The notes beneath the pieces were generated by a model. The model worked only from the letters and a program-made list of their open reading frames with translations. It had not been told where the DNA came from and searched no databases. This document shows, piece after piece, positions 25,102 through 25,454 of a stretch of DNA of 25,454 nucleotides. This stretch comes from Candidatus Bathyarchaeia archaeon (lineage in GTDB: Archaea > Thermoproteota > Bathyarchaeia > Bathyarchaeales > Bathycorpusculaceae). Where the stretch lies: assembly GCA_038882955.1 (NCBI GenBank), contig JAVZNC010000009.1, positions 1 through 25,454 on the forward strand, read 5' to 3'. Within the stretch, counting starts at the first letter, position 1; the number at the start of each line of letters is the position of its first letter. Made by a program: the position numbers and the translations under genes.

Positions 25102-25425
25102 GTGCATCCAACAATGAAAAACCTCGACAAGTTTAGGGCTAAAGTCTTCAACGCGCTTGCCGACCCTGTTAGGCTTAAAATTCTTGAGTTCTTGCGTGAT
25201 GGCGAGCGATGTGTCTGTGAAATCGTTCCCTATGTGGGAATAGCCCAGCCGCTGGTTTCTAGGCACTTGGCAATCTTAAAGCGATGCGGGCTGGTAAAGG
25301 ATAGAAAAGAGGGAAACAAGCGGTTCTACTCGGTGACTAGTTCGGCTGTTTTCAGAGTGATTGATGCTGTTGACGCAGGTTTTGTGGATGCACTTGTGAG
25401 GCATGTTGTTGAGCAAATAGTTTAG
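25102..25425 (+). CDS. ArsR/SmtB-family metalloregulator
   Basis: FNALADPVRLKIL, ERCVCEI (alpha3 Cys pair), QPLVSRHLAILK; start may be ATG 25114. Confidence 0.92.
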   Translation: MHPTMKNLDKFRAKVFNALADPVRLKILEFLRDGERCVCEIVPYVGIAQPLVSRHLAILKRCGLVKDRKEGNKRFYSVTSSAVFRVIDAVDAGFVDALVRHVVEQIV

Positions 25426-25454
25426 GGAAAGGTGAAACGCGAAATGGTTGTGAA

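Noticed and set aside
25431-25454. Start of a further + strand gene (GGTGA then ATG at 25444)
   Set aside because: Only three codons are visible, so no product can be supported.

Overview
Archaeal chromosomal window, most consistent with Bathyarchaeia/TACK. This is an inference from BRE-TATA promoters, GGTGA/GGAG RBSs, a tRNA without encoded CCA, a C/D-box sRNA, Fae, ADP-forming ACD and an AF0577-type radical SAM. Positions 1-~1600 look like the right end of an element integrated at the 3' end of tRNA-Ala(TGC): small Zn-finger, AbrB, wHTH and RHH genes, the last reading through the tRNA antisense like an SSV1-type intN fragment. Next come an unannotated double-guide C/D-box sRNA, trmI, an unusual DapA-family aldolase::Fae fusion divergent from an uncharacterised 427-aa protein, and a minus-strand housekeeping run (mdh, RNase J-like, NTase-like::kinase, ACD alpha, ABC-2 exporter, MtaD/DadD deaminase). 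At 16.4-21.0 kb are two divergent PadR genes, a ComQ-like non-canonical prenyltransferase, a hidden 17-aa ORF with its own promoter and RBS, an MFS transporter and a SPASM radical SAM. This is the best candidate for an undescribed archaeal prenylated-peptide (RiPP or signalling) system. The window ends with ATL, sfsA, Fe-S proteins and an ArsR/ArsP/thioredoxin locus with a 26-bp palindromic operator. All family calls come from motif recognition only; no searches were run.
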